NCBI GenBank assembly: GCA_964550035.1
Contig: CAZJVU010000001.1
Span: 147,990-211,989 of the forward strand
DNA: 64,000 nucleotides
Source: an uncultured Candidatus Saccharibacteria bacterium
GTDB lineage: Bacteria; Patescibacteriota; Saccharimonadia; Saccharimonadales; EFPC-124
Direction of reading: 5' to 3'
Under the pieces are notes generated by a model. That model had not been told where the DNA came from and searched no databases. It saw only the letters and a list, made by a program, of their open reading frames with translations. Positions 8,752 through 18,471 of this stretch are shown here, one piece after another; positions within the stretch are counted from its first letter, which is position 1, and every line of letters begins with the position of its first letter. The position numbers and the translations under genes were made by a program.

Positions 8752-9318
8752 TTAGGTGCGTTTCTGATAATAGCGGACACCCAACCAGGTGACGATCGCC
8801 AGCAGCATGACTCCGCCGATCACGTCGCTCACTGTGCCAAATCGGCTGAGGTATTCCGTGGCCTGTATGCCGGTATAGCCAATGGCAAGGTAGAAGCAGG
8901 CGTTCACGATAGAGCCGAAGAACGTAGCGGTTACAAAGATACGAAAATCAATCTTGATAAACCCACTCCCTGCCGACAGAAGCGTTCCCGGAAAGATCGG
9001 CAGCGAGTGCAGTGTAAAGAGTATGAGCCATACGCGCCACAGTTTACGACGATTACCGAGACGCTTGCTGAGACGATTGACGTCTTTGTGGGTGATGCCA
9101 AAGAGCTGGCGGTTACGAAACACCCATCCTTCCAGATGCTGTGCCAGCCAGTACACCAACGCGCCACCAGCGACACGTCCTGCACCACTGAGCGCGGCTA
9201 ACCAGCCCAAGTACCACCACGGCAAGCCTTGTGTGCTCGCGATCGCGCCAGCAGGAATGAGCACGACAATAGATGGAATCGGTGAGATCACCTCCTCTAT
9301 AAATGTCCCCACAAGCAC
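8752..9318 (-). CDS. DedA/VTT-family membrane protein
   Basis: FIEEVISPIPSIVVLIPAG plus the overall DedA helix pattern. The start is uncertain (GTG). Confidence 0.7.
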   Translation of the reverse strand: MLVGTFIEEVISPIPSIVVLIPAGAIASTQGLPWWYLGWLAALSGAGRVAGGALVYWLAQHLEGWVFRNRQLFGITHKDVNRLSKRLGNRRKLWRVWLILFTLHSLPIFPGTLLSAGSGFIKIDFRIFVTATFFGSIVNACFYLAIGYTGIQATEYLSRFGTVSDVIGGVMLLAIVTWLGVRYYQKRT

Positions 9319-9450
9319 GAATATATCGACCGGGAGATGCCGCGCGAGCGCTTCGAAATACTGTATAGCGGTGGCCTTTCTGCTAATGCTTTACTCTTAT
9401 CCTACGGCAATCCAGCCTGGTGGCAAAGTCTGCTATAGTTGATCTACTAC

Positions 9451-10281
9451 ATGAAGCTTACAAAACACCAGTTTCTGATGCGGGTGCGGCGTTTGCCGGC
9501 GGGTCCGCTGTTGGCGTTTGGCATTCGGCAGGCGTGGGCAGCGCTGTTTGGTGGGCTGATGCTTCTGGGAATCGTCGTGACAACGTATGTGCATTTGCCG
9601 TGGTTGTCGCAGTACGATTGGCTGTTCCTGTGGGCGATCGCCATCCAGGCGGTAATGCTGGCGACAAGACTCGAGAAGCCCCACGAGGTGCTAACGATCC
9701 TACTCTTCCACCTTGTGGGACTGGGGATGGAAATCTTTAAGACGTCGGGCGCGATCGGGTCGTGGTCGTATCCGGGCGATGCGTTCTGGAAGGTAGGGAA
9801 TGTGCCGCTGTTCTCGGGATTTATGTACGCAGCGGTCGGTAGCTACATCGCTCGTTCGTGGCGAGTGCTGCAGCTATCGTTCCAGCCGTATCCGCCGCGG
9901 AAATGGACGGTGTTGCTGGCTATTGCAATCTATCTCAACTTCTTCACGCATCATTATATCTACGACTTTCGATATTTCCTGTTTGGCGCGGTGTTGGTGT
10001 TGTTTGGCCGAACGCGGGTGAGTTATGTGCTGAATAAGCGGGTGCATCATATGAACGTGGTTGTGGGGTTCCTGCTGATTGCGTTGTTTGTGTGGATCGC
10101 CGAGAACATCGGGACATTTACGGGCGTGTGGCTGTACCCGGAACAGCTGGCGCATTGGCAGCCGGTAAGCCTGGAGAAGATTGGTTCGTGGCTGCTGCTG
10201 ATGGTGATTAGCTTTATTATGATCGACATGTTGTACTTTATACGAAGACAACTAAGTGGTCGGAGGGTTCAGAATGGATAG
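9451..10281 (+). CDS. Polytopic membrane protein, DUF817-like
   Basis: FGIRQAWAALFGGLMLLG... and about 8 helices. The ATG at 9451 is preferred over the TTG at 9439. The family call is from memory only. Confidence 0.5.
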   Translation: MKLTKHQFLMRVRRLPAGPLLAFGIRQAWAALFGGLMLLGIVVTTYVHLPWLSQYDWLFLWAIAIQAVMLATRLEKPHEVLTILLFHLVGLGMEIFKTSGAIGSWSYPGDAFWKVGNVPLFSGFMYAAVGSYIARSWRVLQLSFQPYPPRKWTVLLAIAIYLNFFTHHYIYDFRYFLFGAVLVLFGRTRVSYVLNKRVHHMNVVVGFLLIALFVWIAENIGTFTGVWLYPEQLAHWQPVSLEKIGSWLLLMVISFIMIDMLYFIRRQLSGRRVQNG

Positions 10282-10774
10282 CCACGAATCTTACATGCGA
10301 GCTGCGATAGCCGCGGCGCAGCAGGCTGAGGCGCAAGGCGGTGTCGCGATCGGTGCGGTGCTTGTCGACAATACAACCGGCGAGATTGTCGCCACAGGCG
10401 GGAGCATCGTAGGCGTCACCAAGGACCCGACGTCACACGCCGAGATCAATGCCATCCGCGGAGCTGCGGACAAGTTTCAGACCGATCAACTGTATGGTCT
10501 GACGCTCTACGGTACGCTTGAGCCATGTCACATGTGCCTGAGCTGTGCAGCTTGGGCGCGTATCCCGAAGGTGTATTTTGGTGCGTATCGCAGGGATGTC
10601 GACGAGTCGCTCTTTGATATCAAAGGCGACTTTAGCGACGAAGCAGAGGGCAAACGCATGAACTTACGAAGTAATACGACCATGCAGGTACACGGCGGCG
10701 TCCTCGAGGCGGAGTGCGCGCAGCTGCTTGCACGGTATGGCGAGCAAGACCATCGTCGTTCGCCCTTAGCGTAA
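10274..10774 (+). CDS. CMP/dCMP-type zinc deaminase (TadA / guanine deaminase-like)
   Basis: HAEINAI ... PCHMCLSCAAW zinc motifs, with GGAGGG before the ATG at 10274. Confidence 0.8.
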   Translation: MDSHESYMRAAIAAAQQAEAQGGVAIGAVLVDNTTGEIVATGGSIVGVTKDPTSHAEINAIRGAADKFQTDQLYGLTLYGTLEPCHMCLSCAAWARIPKVYFGAYRRDVDESLFDIKGDFSDEAEGKRMNLRSNTTMQVHGGVLEAECAQLLARYGEQDHRRSPLA

Positions 10775-10828
10775 ATACAGTTTTACAGCTGCACCCAATT
10801 CGTACTACGATTGAATCGGAGAAAGCCA

Positions 10829-11425
10829 ATGTTACCTGCCTGGTTCACTGTATTTTCTGTGGCTATTCGACTATTCGGCGGTGCGCAGTACTGCTGGGGA
10901 GTTTTGCGCGGCAAAGCGCAGCCCAACCCGATCACATGGTTTCTGTGGGGGCTAACTCCGCTCATTACGCTTTTCGCGAGCTTGCAATATGGATTGCAGC
11001 CTCAGGCGCTGGTACTTCTGGCGTTGGCGGTCACGCCCCTGACCGTGAGTGGTCTGGCGCTCATCGTACACAAACATCGACGGCGTGAACATTTCACGCC
11101 GTTTGCATTAGTGTGTGGTGCGCTCGCGCTGGGCGGTATCGTGCTGTGGCAGGTGACGTCAATTCCGGAGCTGGCTATTATCTTTAGTATTGTCGCTGAT
11201 ATCTTCGCGACATTACCAACGCTCGAGAAAGCGTATCGGAATCACGCCAGCGAGTATGCGTGGCCGTACTTCATGTCGATTATCAGCATGGCAGTTACGC
11301 TTCTGACGATTCGAGAATGGGCGTTTGCGGTGTATGCGTTTCCGCTGTATATGTTGCTGGTTAATGTCGTGCTGTTTATGTTCGCGCTCGTGCCGTTTAG
11401 GAAGCTATTCCAGCGGGCGAGCTAG
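10829..11425 (+). CDS. Hypothetical integral membrane protein
   Basis: Six or so hydrophobic helices, with GGAGAAAG before the ATG at 10829. Confidence 0.5.
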   Translation: MLPAWFTVFSVAIRLFGGAQYCWGVLRGKAQPNPITWFLWGLTPLITLFASLQYGLQPQALVLLALAVTPLTVSGLALIVHKHRRREHFTPFALVCGALALGGIVLWQVTSIPELAIIFSIVADIFATLPTLEKAYRNHASEYAWPYFMSIISMAVTLLTIREWAFAVYAFPLYMLLVNVVLFMFALVPFRKLFQRAS

Positions 11426-12354
11426 TTGTTCGGCTTGAGCGTTTTGGTGACGGAGTCAACGATCTGGAGTGCGCCAGCGTTTGACTGACGATAACTCTCA
11501 GAGCCAAGGACGGCACCAATGATTGTCTTTTGCTGGCCGTTGATCGTTGCGTTGGTCGAGAAGAGGAGCGTGTTGCGTGCTTGGACGCTTTCGCCTGGCT
11601 TCAGCCCGGTGTAACCATATTTTGTGACCATGGCATTGTAGTTGGGGACATCGCCGGCGTATGGAATATTGGCGGTGGGCAGGGCGACGATGTGTGCGAT
11701 AACGGGATTCTTGAGTGCAGCTTCGCCGAGGCGGACGAGATCGCTTGCGGTGCTTTTAGTGCTTGGGTCTAGGCCGCTTGCGTCAACGCCGACAACCGTG
11801 TCGTTGAGGCCAAGGCGTTTCAGCATTACGTTGGCATAGTCGTGATACTTCTTGAGCGAACCAAATGCCCAGACGGCCGTCGTATCAGCGATATTATTGG
11901 CGCTGGGGAGGAGCATCCCCTCGAGCGCGTCACGCTCAGTCAGGGGCACACCGGCTTTTACGAGTACGACCGTCCCGTTCTTGGCCACGTAGTCACGGTA
12001 ATACTGTTCGTCTTTTTCGGTGATGGGAATACTCGGGCCCATGTCGTCGCCAGCGAGCGGATGTTTTTCGAGGACCGCGAGGGCGGTGATAAGTTTGGCG
12101 ATGCTGGCGATTGGTCGTGGCTTGGCGTCGTTGTGGCTATCGACGATACCGCCACCGGCAATCCCAACTGCGGCGGTGGGGATGTCGCTGGGCCAGTCAA
12201 CGGTGGCCGTGTAGGCTGGCTTTGCTGGTTTGGCGTGCGCCACTTCGCTGACGTGCTGAGAACGATGTGTTGCAAAGAAGATACCGCCAGAGATAAGAAT
12301 GGCGATGAGTATGAGTTTGAAGGGGAAGCGGCGTTTTTGTTTTGGGAGTGTCAT
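11422..12354 (-). CDS. D-alanyl-D-alanine carboxypeptidase (peptidase S11 / PBP5-like)
   Basis: SxxK (SIAK) and SxN (SAN) motifs, plus an N-terminal anchor. Confidence 0.8.
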   Translation of the reverse strand: MTLPKQKRRFPFKLILIAILISGGIFFATHRSQHVSEVAHAKPAKPAYTATVDWPSDIPTAAVGIAGGGIVDSHNDAKPRPIASIAKLITALAVLEKHPLAGDDMGPSIPITEKDEQYYRDYVAKNGTVVLVKAGVPLTERDALEGMLLPSANNIADTTAVWAFGSLKKYHDYANVMLKRLGLNDTVVGVDASGLDPSTKSTASDLVRLGEAALKNPVIAHIVALPTANIPYAGDVPNYNAMVTKYGYTGLKPGESVQARNTLLFSTNATINGQQKTIIGAVLGSESYRQSNAGALQIVDSVTKTLKPNN

Positions 12355-12372
12355 GGTGGTTTTAGTTTCGTT

Positions 12373-13578
12373 TTAGTGTTGATCTTGTTGGCTGGCGAGG
12401 ATTTCGTTGACTCGTCGGAGCATTTCGTCGGGTTCGCGGGTCGGGATGACGTAGATGGGTTTGGATTTGGCGAGGCTGCTGATGAGTGTTGGTTCGTGTG
12501 GATCTTCGCAGGCGCCGTTGGCATTTTCGTCCAGGATGAAATCCATATAGTGCAAGCGGTCGACGATCCGACGCCGTGATTCGACTGATCGTTCGCCAAT
12601 AGTCCCGGTGAACACGAGCATGTCGGCGCCGGCAAGCGCTGCGGCCATGCTGCCGATTGCTTTTTGGATAACAAAGAAATACGTCTGGAGCGCAAGCTCG
12701 GCGTTATGGTTGCCGCGCGCTTCGTGCTCGAGGAGCTCGTTGACGGCCGACGACGTCTCGCTGAGGCCGAGTAGGCCGCTGTGGCTGTTGAGGTAATCTT
12801 CCATCTGCTCGTCATTGAGGTGTAGCTGCGTCTGGAGCATGTTGGCGGCGGTCGGATCGATGGAGCCGACGCGTGTGCTCATGATGAGCCCTTCCAGCGG
12901 CGAATAGCCCATGGTGTTGTCGAGGCTTCGGCCACCGTTGACTGCCGAGATGCTCGCGCCACTTCCGAGGTGCGCGACGATGACCTTGGGCGGGAGTTTG
13001 CCGGCCTCTTTCAGGGAATGCACGATAGACGCAACCGAAATACCATGGTAGCCGAAGCGCTTGATGTCGAACCGGTCGGCGTCCTGCAAGCGTACGCCGT
13101 AGTTCCAGGCGTAGTCGGGCTTGCCGGCGTGGAATGAGCTGTCGCTGACGCCGACGATTGCAGCGTCTGGGAAAATATCTTTGAGCGTGTCGAACTCGCG
13201 AAGTGACGCACCGATATGCAGGGGTGCGCGCGGTTCGCATTCGCGTAGGCGGCCGACCATCTCGTCGTCCATCAGGCGGTCGGCGAGGAAGTAGCTGCTC
13301 GGAGCGACAATGCGCAGACCAATACACGCGATCGTTTCGTCGGCATGGATAAGGTTGTGAGCTTTCAGAAGTGGCAATACTTGGCCGGCAACGTCGTTGA
13401 GATCGTGAATGTTGACCGGAACCGGTTCGTGTTGGTCGCCGAATGTGCCGGTGCAGGCGATGCGGCCTTCTTTATATTCGAAATGCAGCGCACCCACGCA
13501 CTGATCATCGCGGTACAGTGCGTACTTGCGGCTAGCGCTGCCTGGGTTAGCGATGAGTGTTAGCGTTTCCATTGCCAT
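12373..13578 (-). CDS. ackA: Acetate kinase
   Basis: LIANPGSASRKYALY at the N-terminus, GYHGISV and AHLGSGASI. It overlaps the stop of the upstream phosphoketolase gene. Confidence 0.9.
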   Translation of the reverse strand: MAMETLTLIANPGSASRKYALYRDDQCVGALHFEYKEGRIACTGTFGDQHEPVPVNIHDLNDVAGQVLPLLKAHNLIHADETIACIGLRIVAPSSYFLADRLMDDEMVGRLRECEPRAPLHIGASLREFDTLKDIFPDAAIVGVSDSSFHAGKPDYAWNYGVRLQDADRFDIKRFGYHGISVASIVHSLKEAGKLPPKVIVAHLGSGASISAVNGGRSLDNTMGYSPLEGLIMSTRVGSIDPTAANMLQTQLHLNDEQMEDYLNSHSGLLGLSETSSAVNELLEHEARGNHNAELALQTYFFVIQKAIGSMAAALAGADMLVFTGTIGERSVESRRRIVDRLHYMDFILDENANGACEDPHEPTLISSLAKSKPIYVIPTREPDEMLRRVNEILASQQDQH

Positions 13579-15899
13579 GCATCTATCTCCGGCATATCGA
13601 CGCCATTAACTTTTATATATGCGGTGTTTTCGTCAATTTTGGCTCGGTAGGCATCGCTGATGCGTTTGGCTTCGTCGGCGGGCAAGCGGCCCGTTTCCTC
13701 GGCGCGGTGCATAATCTCCATCACGAGGTGGTAGCGACTGGTCTGATTGCGGACGTGCATGTCGAATGGCGTGGTTGTGCTGCCGTTTTCGGTGTAGCCG
13801 CGGACGGTGAAGCGCTGTGGGTTGTCGACGTAGTCGAACAGGATGGATTTGATCGTTTCGGGGTAGCCGTGGAAGTTGCAGATCACCGGCTTGTCAGTAG
13901 TGAACTGGCGGTCGAACTCAGCTTGGCTCACGCATGTGCCTTGGGCGCCAAGGCCGCAGCTGGTGAGGCTCATGACGTTGACGCAGCGGAGGCGGAGGTC
14001 GGGAGCCTCACGTTTAGCGAGGCTGATCGCGGCGAGAACTTCTTTGGTCGGGTAATCACCAATGCCGACGAGCACGATATTTGGGTCCTCATCGCTGGCA
14101 AAGTCCCAAGTCATGACGCCGCTGGTCATTTCTGTGCGGGCGAGTTCCGGGGTGAGCCAGCGTGGTTCTTGGGTTTTGCCGGCAACGATGACATTTATCT
14201 GTTTGGTCGTGCCCATGGTGCGCTCCAGTACGGCGAGTGTGCTGTTGCCGTCCGGCGGGAAGTACACGTCCACGAAGTCACCTTGGCGACGTAGGACGTC
14301 ATCGATGAATCCAGGGTTTTGGTGCGAGAATCCATTGTGGTCCTGGCGCCAGCCGGAGCTGGTCAGGATGTAGTTGAGTGACGGAAAATCGCCGCGCCAC
14401 TCAACCTCGCGGGCTTGATTGAGGAACTTGGCGTATTGGTCCATCATGCTGGAGACGATCTGGACGAATGCTTCGTAGCTGGCAAACATGGCGTGGCGGC
14501 CGGTGAGGATATAGCCTTGGGCCAGGCCTTGGAGGTTGTGCTCGCTGAGCATTTCCATGACGCGTCCGTCCTGGCTCATGTCGCGGTCCCACGGTTCGAT
14601 CGGCCACAACCAGGCGCGTGACGTTTCGCTGAAAATAGCGTCGAGCTTGTTGCTGTATGTCTCGTCTGGCGACATGAAGCGGAAGTTTTGCTTGTCGCGG
14701 TTGAGGCGAAATACTTCCTGCAGGTACAAGCCGGCGCGGCGCATGCTGCTGGAACCAATGGTGCCGGGAACCTCGGCGTCTTCGGCGAATTGTTCGGCCG
14801 GCGGGAGGTCGAGCGGCTCATACGTGGCGTCGCCACCGAGAGTGTGCTTGGTGTTGCCGAGTCGTTTTGGCTCGTCGGGCAGAATGTTTGTGAGGAAATC
14901 GCCAAAGCCCTGCTCGGCACTGAACAGTTCGCTGAAGTTGTAGCTGTGCAGCCAGTCGTTCAGCAGGCGGAGCTGTTCTTCATTGCTCTTGGCCTCTGTC
15001 AGGACGACTTGGTGGCTGAGTGCGTTGCCTTCGATCTTTTGGCCATTGAGCTCACGCACGCCGGTCCAGCCTTTGAGGCTGCGGACGATCAGCATCGGCA
15101 GGTGCTGCTCGGTGACGTCGCTTTTCGTCTTGATGTCGCGGGTCAGCTGCCAGGCCCATTCCATTGCCTCGGCCATTTCCTGGTGCGGGTTGTCGCTGGC
15201 AGTCGTGTCCACGATGCGCGGGTGGTAGCCGTAGCCACTGAACAGCGCCATGAGTTCGTAGTTGCTCATACGGCCAAAGACGGTTGGGGCGGAGATCTTG
15301 TAGCCATTGAGGTGAAGGATGGGGAGGACGGTGCCGTTCTGTTTGGGGTTGAGGAGCTTGTTGAGATGCCATGCGCCACCGGTTGGGCCGGTTTCGGCTT
15401 CACCGTCGCCCACCAGGCAGGCGACCATAAGGTTAGGATTGTCCAGCGCTGCACCGTAGCTCGATGCCAGCGAATAACCCAACTCGCCGCCCTCGAGGAT
15501 GACGCCGGGCGTGCCGGGATTGCTGTGACTCGGGAAGCCGTACGGCCAGCTGAACTTACGGCACATTTCGGCAATGCCTTCGAGGTCTTGCGGCACGTCG
15601 ACGTAGTATTTGCTGAGTGTACCCTCGAGGAAAAGATTGGCCTGAAGCGCTGGGAAGGCGTGGCCCGGACCGAGCACAAACATCATGTCTTGGTTGTGCC
15701 GCTTCACGAGATTACTGAGGTGCGCATACACAAAGTTCACGCCCGGCCCCGAACCCCAGTGACCGAGCAGGCGAGGTTTGACGTCGTCGAACGTGAGATC
15801 GCGCTGCATCAGGAAGTTGTCTTGCAGGAAGATCTGCGCCGCGGTCAGATAGTTCGCGGCACGGTGGTACTTCTCGAATGATTCGATATCGACGTTCAT
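13560..15899 (-). CDS. xfp: Xylulose-5-phosphate/fructose-6-phosphate phosphoketolase
   Basis: 779 aa, with HWGSGPG, EGGELGYSL and GDGEAETGP signature stretches. Confidence 0.92.
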   Translation of the reverse strand: MNVDIESFEKYHRAANYLTAAQIFLQDNFLMQRDLTFDDVKPRLLGHWGSGPGVNFVYAHLSNLVKRHNQDMMFVLGPGHAFPALQANLFLEGTLSKYYVDVPQDLEGIAEMCRKFSWPYGFPSHSNPGTPGVILEGGELGYSLASSYGAALDNPNLMVACLVGDGEAETGPTGGAWHLNKLLNPKQNGTVLPILHLNGYKISAPTVFGRMSNYELMALFSGYGYHPRIVDTTASDNPHQEMAEAMEWAWQLTRDIKTKSDVTEQHLPMLIVRSLKGWTGVRELNGQKIEGNALSHQVVLTEAKSNEEQLRLLNDWLHSYNFSELFSAEQGFGDFLTNILPDEPKRLGNTKHTLGGDATYEPLDLPPAEQFAEDAEVPGTIGSSSMRRAGLYLQEVFRLNRDKQNFRFMSPDETYSNKLDAIFSETSRAWLWPIEPWDRDMSQDGRVMEMLSEHNLQGLAQGYILTGRHAMFASYEAFVQIVSSMMDQYAKFLNQAREVEWRGDFPSLNYILTSSGWRQDHNGFSHQNPGFIDDVLRRQGDFVDVYFPPDGNSTLAVLERTMGTTKQINVIVAGKTQEPRWLTPELARTEMTSGVMTWDFASDEDPNIVLVGIGDYPTKEVLAAISLAKREAPDLRLRCVNVMSLTSCGLGAQGTCVSQAEFDRQFTTDKPVICNFHGYPETIKSILFDYVDNPQRFTVRGYTENGSTTTPFDMHVRNQTSRYHLVMEIMHRAEETGRLPADEAKRISDAYRAKIDENTAYIKVNGVDMPEIDAWQWKR

Positions 15900-15986
15900 G
15901 CTTATGTTTATTTTAAGCTGCTAGGGGCTGATTGTGAAATCAATTATCCGACAAGGGCGCAAAATAATTCGAAAGGAGTATCACAT

Positions 15987-16020
15987 CTGAGTGCGGGCCG
16001 TGTTCTTGGCCCGCACTCAG
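15987..16020 (-). terminator. GC-rich hairpin after cassette D
   Basis: CTGAGTGCGGGCC-N8-GGCCCGCACTCAG is a 13-bp perfect stem. Confidence 0.45.
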
Positions 16021-16034
16021 ATGCGTTGTCGAGC

Positions 16035-16361
16035 TCAGCCGATCGTTTCGGGTTCCGACATCAGTACGAATGTGGTCCGGAAGCGCGGACCTCTCTTGGG
16101 CGTGCCTGCCTTGATCTGTTCGCTTCTGATGACCGTGGCGGTGCATTCCCATGCGGCCGCGGCCTCGCGTTTGCCACGCAAGCCGTAGCGGATCCGCACG
16201 GTGGTGCCCACCGTGGCAGTGGCATGCATTTCGACGCTGGCCGTGTCGCCTTCTCGCTTGTCCCTGAACTCGGCGGCCCACTGCGAGTAGTCGATGTGGA
16301 CTGCCACCAGCCCCTGGAACTTGTCGGGGAATAGTTGTGGGCCGAGCACTCTCTTTGTCAT
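16035..16361 (-). CDS. Hypothetical protein (GC-rich cassette D)
   Basis: 108-aa ORF whose third codon positions are mostly G/C. GAAGGAAG lies before the ATG, and TTGGAA-N17-TATAAA lies upstream on the minus strand. Confidence 0.55.
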   Translation of the reverse strand: MTKRVLGPQLFPDKFQGLVAVHIDYSQWAAEFRDKREGDTASVEMHATATVGTTVRIRYGLRGKREAAAAWECTATVIRSEQIKAGTPKRGPRFRTTFVLMSEPETIG

Positions 16362-16444
16362 GGCTTCCTTCTCGGTTTGGCCGATATGACGTGTTTTTTA
16401 TAGCACGTCCAACGGGGCTTTCCAATAGCTAACAAAAGTGTGCT

Positions 16445-17899
16445 ATGATCGAATTATCATATTTGAGGCGTGGGATGAAAACAAAAAAGCGTACACTGCA
16501 TACGCCGAAGGTTACCAAGGCGGTTGAGTCCAAGAAGTCACATATGAAGATCTATGTGGCGATTGCTCTGATGGTTCTTATTGCCGCGCTGTGTGGCGGG
16601 GTCATGTGGTTCTATGCGAACCGCGCACTTCCAGGTGTAGCGGTCGGGAACATGCAAGTTGGCGGCGCGCAGCCTGACACTATTCGCGCAGCGATTGCCC
16701 AGCAGGCGCCTGCCCTCAAGATCACCTTCGACGACAACGGCAAGAAGACAACCGTCCCGGCAAAAGACCTTGGCGTGGTTGTCGACACCGAAGCGACACT
16801 TCAGAATACCCTCAATGCTCGCCGCGGCGGGAACCTTGCCGTCTGGAATACAGTCACGGTGCCACTGGTGCTAGCGAACGACCCGGGCGTGTTGATCGAG
16901 TATGCCAAGGCGCATTTCCCCACGGCGTTTGCCGACCCGAAAGATCCGCAGATCGTATTTGATGATAAAGAGAGTGCATTCAAGGTCGAGCCCGGCGCAC
17001 CGGGTAAAGGGCTTGATATAAAGAGCTTCGAGCGCGCACTGCCCGGTCTAGCCACACATCCGGATGGTTTCACACTGAAGCTCACGACTGCAGCGGTACC
17101 GACACTGCTCGATCAAACGAAGCTCGAGACAGTGAAGGACGAAGCCAATAAGCGCATCGCCCAGAAGATTGAGTTCAAGCTCAATGGCGATGTTATTTAC
17201 ACCGCGTCCAAGTCAGACATTGCCAACTGGATGCATTTTGTGCCGGATACCACAAAGGGCACAGTGAATATCGAGACCGATAAGGCGAAGGTCCAGCAAT
17301 TCTTAACCGACAAGGTCGCCACAACTGTTGCTTCGCCGCCGGTTGATCGCAAAGTTGTCGTCGATAGCGCCACTGGGTCACAGTCTGTTATCCAGCAAGG
17401 CAAATCCGGAAGCACACTCCAGGGCATCGAGGATCTGACTGGCGAAGTTGTCGCCACAGTGAACGGTGGCCGTGACCTCAGCCGTGACGTGAGCATCACG
17501 ACAGCGCCATTCAAAACCGTCACGGTGACCGGCAGCGGCAAATGGATCGAAGTCGACCTCAGTCAGCAGCGCTTAACGATGTGGGTCGGCAGCACGCAGG
17601 TCATGACCACGCTTATCAGTTCGGGCAAGGCTGCCACGCCAACACAGATCGGCGAGTTTGCTATCTACAGCAAGCTGCCCGTGACGACGATGACCGGTAC
17701 GATTCTCGGCGATTACTACTACATACCAAACATCAAGTGGGTGAGTTACTTCGACGGCGGCGAGGCACTTCATGGTACCTATTGGCATCATAATTTCGGC
17801 CATCCAATGAGCCATGGCTGCGTCAACATGACTGAGGCTGCGGCGAAACAGCTGTACGACTTTGCGCCGATTGGCACGAAGGTCGTGGTTCACGCCTAG
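16445..17899 (+). CDS. L,D-transpeptidase (YkuD domain) with N-terminal anchor
   Basis: C-terminal catalytic motif HGTYWHHNFGHPMSHGCVNM. An alternative start is at 16475 (MKTKKR). Confidence 0.8.
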   Translation: MIELSYLRRGMKTKKRTLHTPKVTKAVESKKSHMKIYVAIALMVLIAALCGGVMWFYANRALPGVAVGNMQVGGAQPDTIRAAIAQQAPALKITFDDNGKKTTVPAKDLGVVVDTEATLQNTLNARRGGNLAVWNTVTVPLVLANDPGVLIEYAKAHFPTAFADPKDPQIVFDDKESAFKVEPGAPGKGLDIKSFERALPGLATHPDGFTLKLTTAAVPTLLDQTKLETVKDEANKRIAQKIEFKLNGDVIYTASKSDIANWMHFVPDTTKGTVNIETDKAKVQQFLTDKVATTVASPPVDRKVVVDSATGSQSVIQQGKSGSTLQGIEDLTGEVVATVNGGRDLSRDVSITTAPFKTVTVTGSGKWIEVDLSQQRLTMWVGSTQVMTTLISSGKAATPTQIGEFAIYSKLPVTTMTGTILGDYYYIPNIKWVSYFDGGEALHGTYWHHNFGHPMSHGCVNMTEAAAKQLYDFAPIGTKVVVHA

Positions 17900-17967
17900 G
17901 CTTGTGAATCTTTAGAACTAATGGTATAAGTATTATCGTTTGCTATTCCTTCGGCGAAAGGGATTGG

Positions 17968-18357
17968 ATGAAGCGTGAAAAGCCGTCGTGGCTTGATTGG
18001 TATGTCATCTGGCGCCTCGGAGCGATCGTGCTCCTGGGCGTTGCTCTGCTCGTCACGGTTGTCCATTTTTTGTGGGATCTAGACTCGACCTTCACGGATC
18101 AGCTCCGGGACAAGGGGTATCCCGCACCAGCCATCGAGAAAAGCACCACATCGCTCGGTGGGAACAAGTCCCAGCAGCTGTACATCGCGCGCGTGGAGAT
18201 CGGTACGTGTGTGCTCAGACTGGAACGCACACAGGCCAACGCCAACTTCTACCTGAAGGAGGCCAACGGCCGTGCCGTGGACGATCCCGACGCCAACCCG
18301 AGCAAGGAGCAAGCACTTGCTTTCCTGAGCAGCCACAACATCACCTGCTCCAGGTAG
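17968..18357 (+). CDS. Hypothetical N-terminally anchored protein (GC-rich cassette E)
   Basis: 129-aa ORF with TM helix WRLGAIVLLGVALLVTVVHFLW and GC-rich third positions. TTGTGA-N17-TATAAG lies upstream. It is followed by GCCCACGCC...GGCGTGGGC, then TTTCTCATTTT. Confidence 0.55.
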   Translation: MKREKPSWLDWYVIWRLGAIVLLGVALLVTVVHFLWDLDSTFTDQLRDKGYPAPAIEKSTTSLGGNKSQQLYIARVEIGTCVLRLERTQANANFYLKEANGRAVDDPDANPSKEQALAFLSSHNITCSR

Positions 18358-18471
18358 CACCGCCCACGCCGGCTGACGAAGCGACCCATCGACGACTCGA
18401 GGAGTCCACGCACAGCAACTGGCGTGGGCTTTCTCATTTTGTGGAAATGCTCGTGCTACAATGAGCGCGTA

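Noticed and set aside
14688-15881. 397-aa plus-strand ORF inside the phosphoketolase gene
   Set aside because: It is antisense to an unmistakable xfp reading frame. The product is low-complexity (Ala/Val/Gly/Glu-rich) with no SD, so it is a typical shadow ORF.
15940-16425. 161-aa minus ORF overlapping cassette D in another frame
   Set aside because: It is Arg/Gly/His-rich and runs through the terminator hairpin. The 16035..16361 frame has the SD and the GC3 signal.
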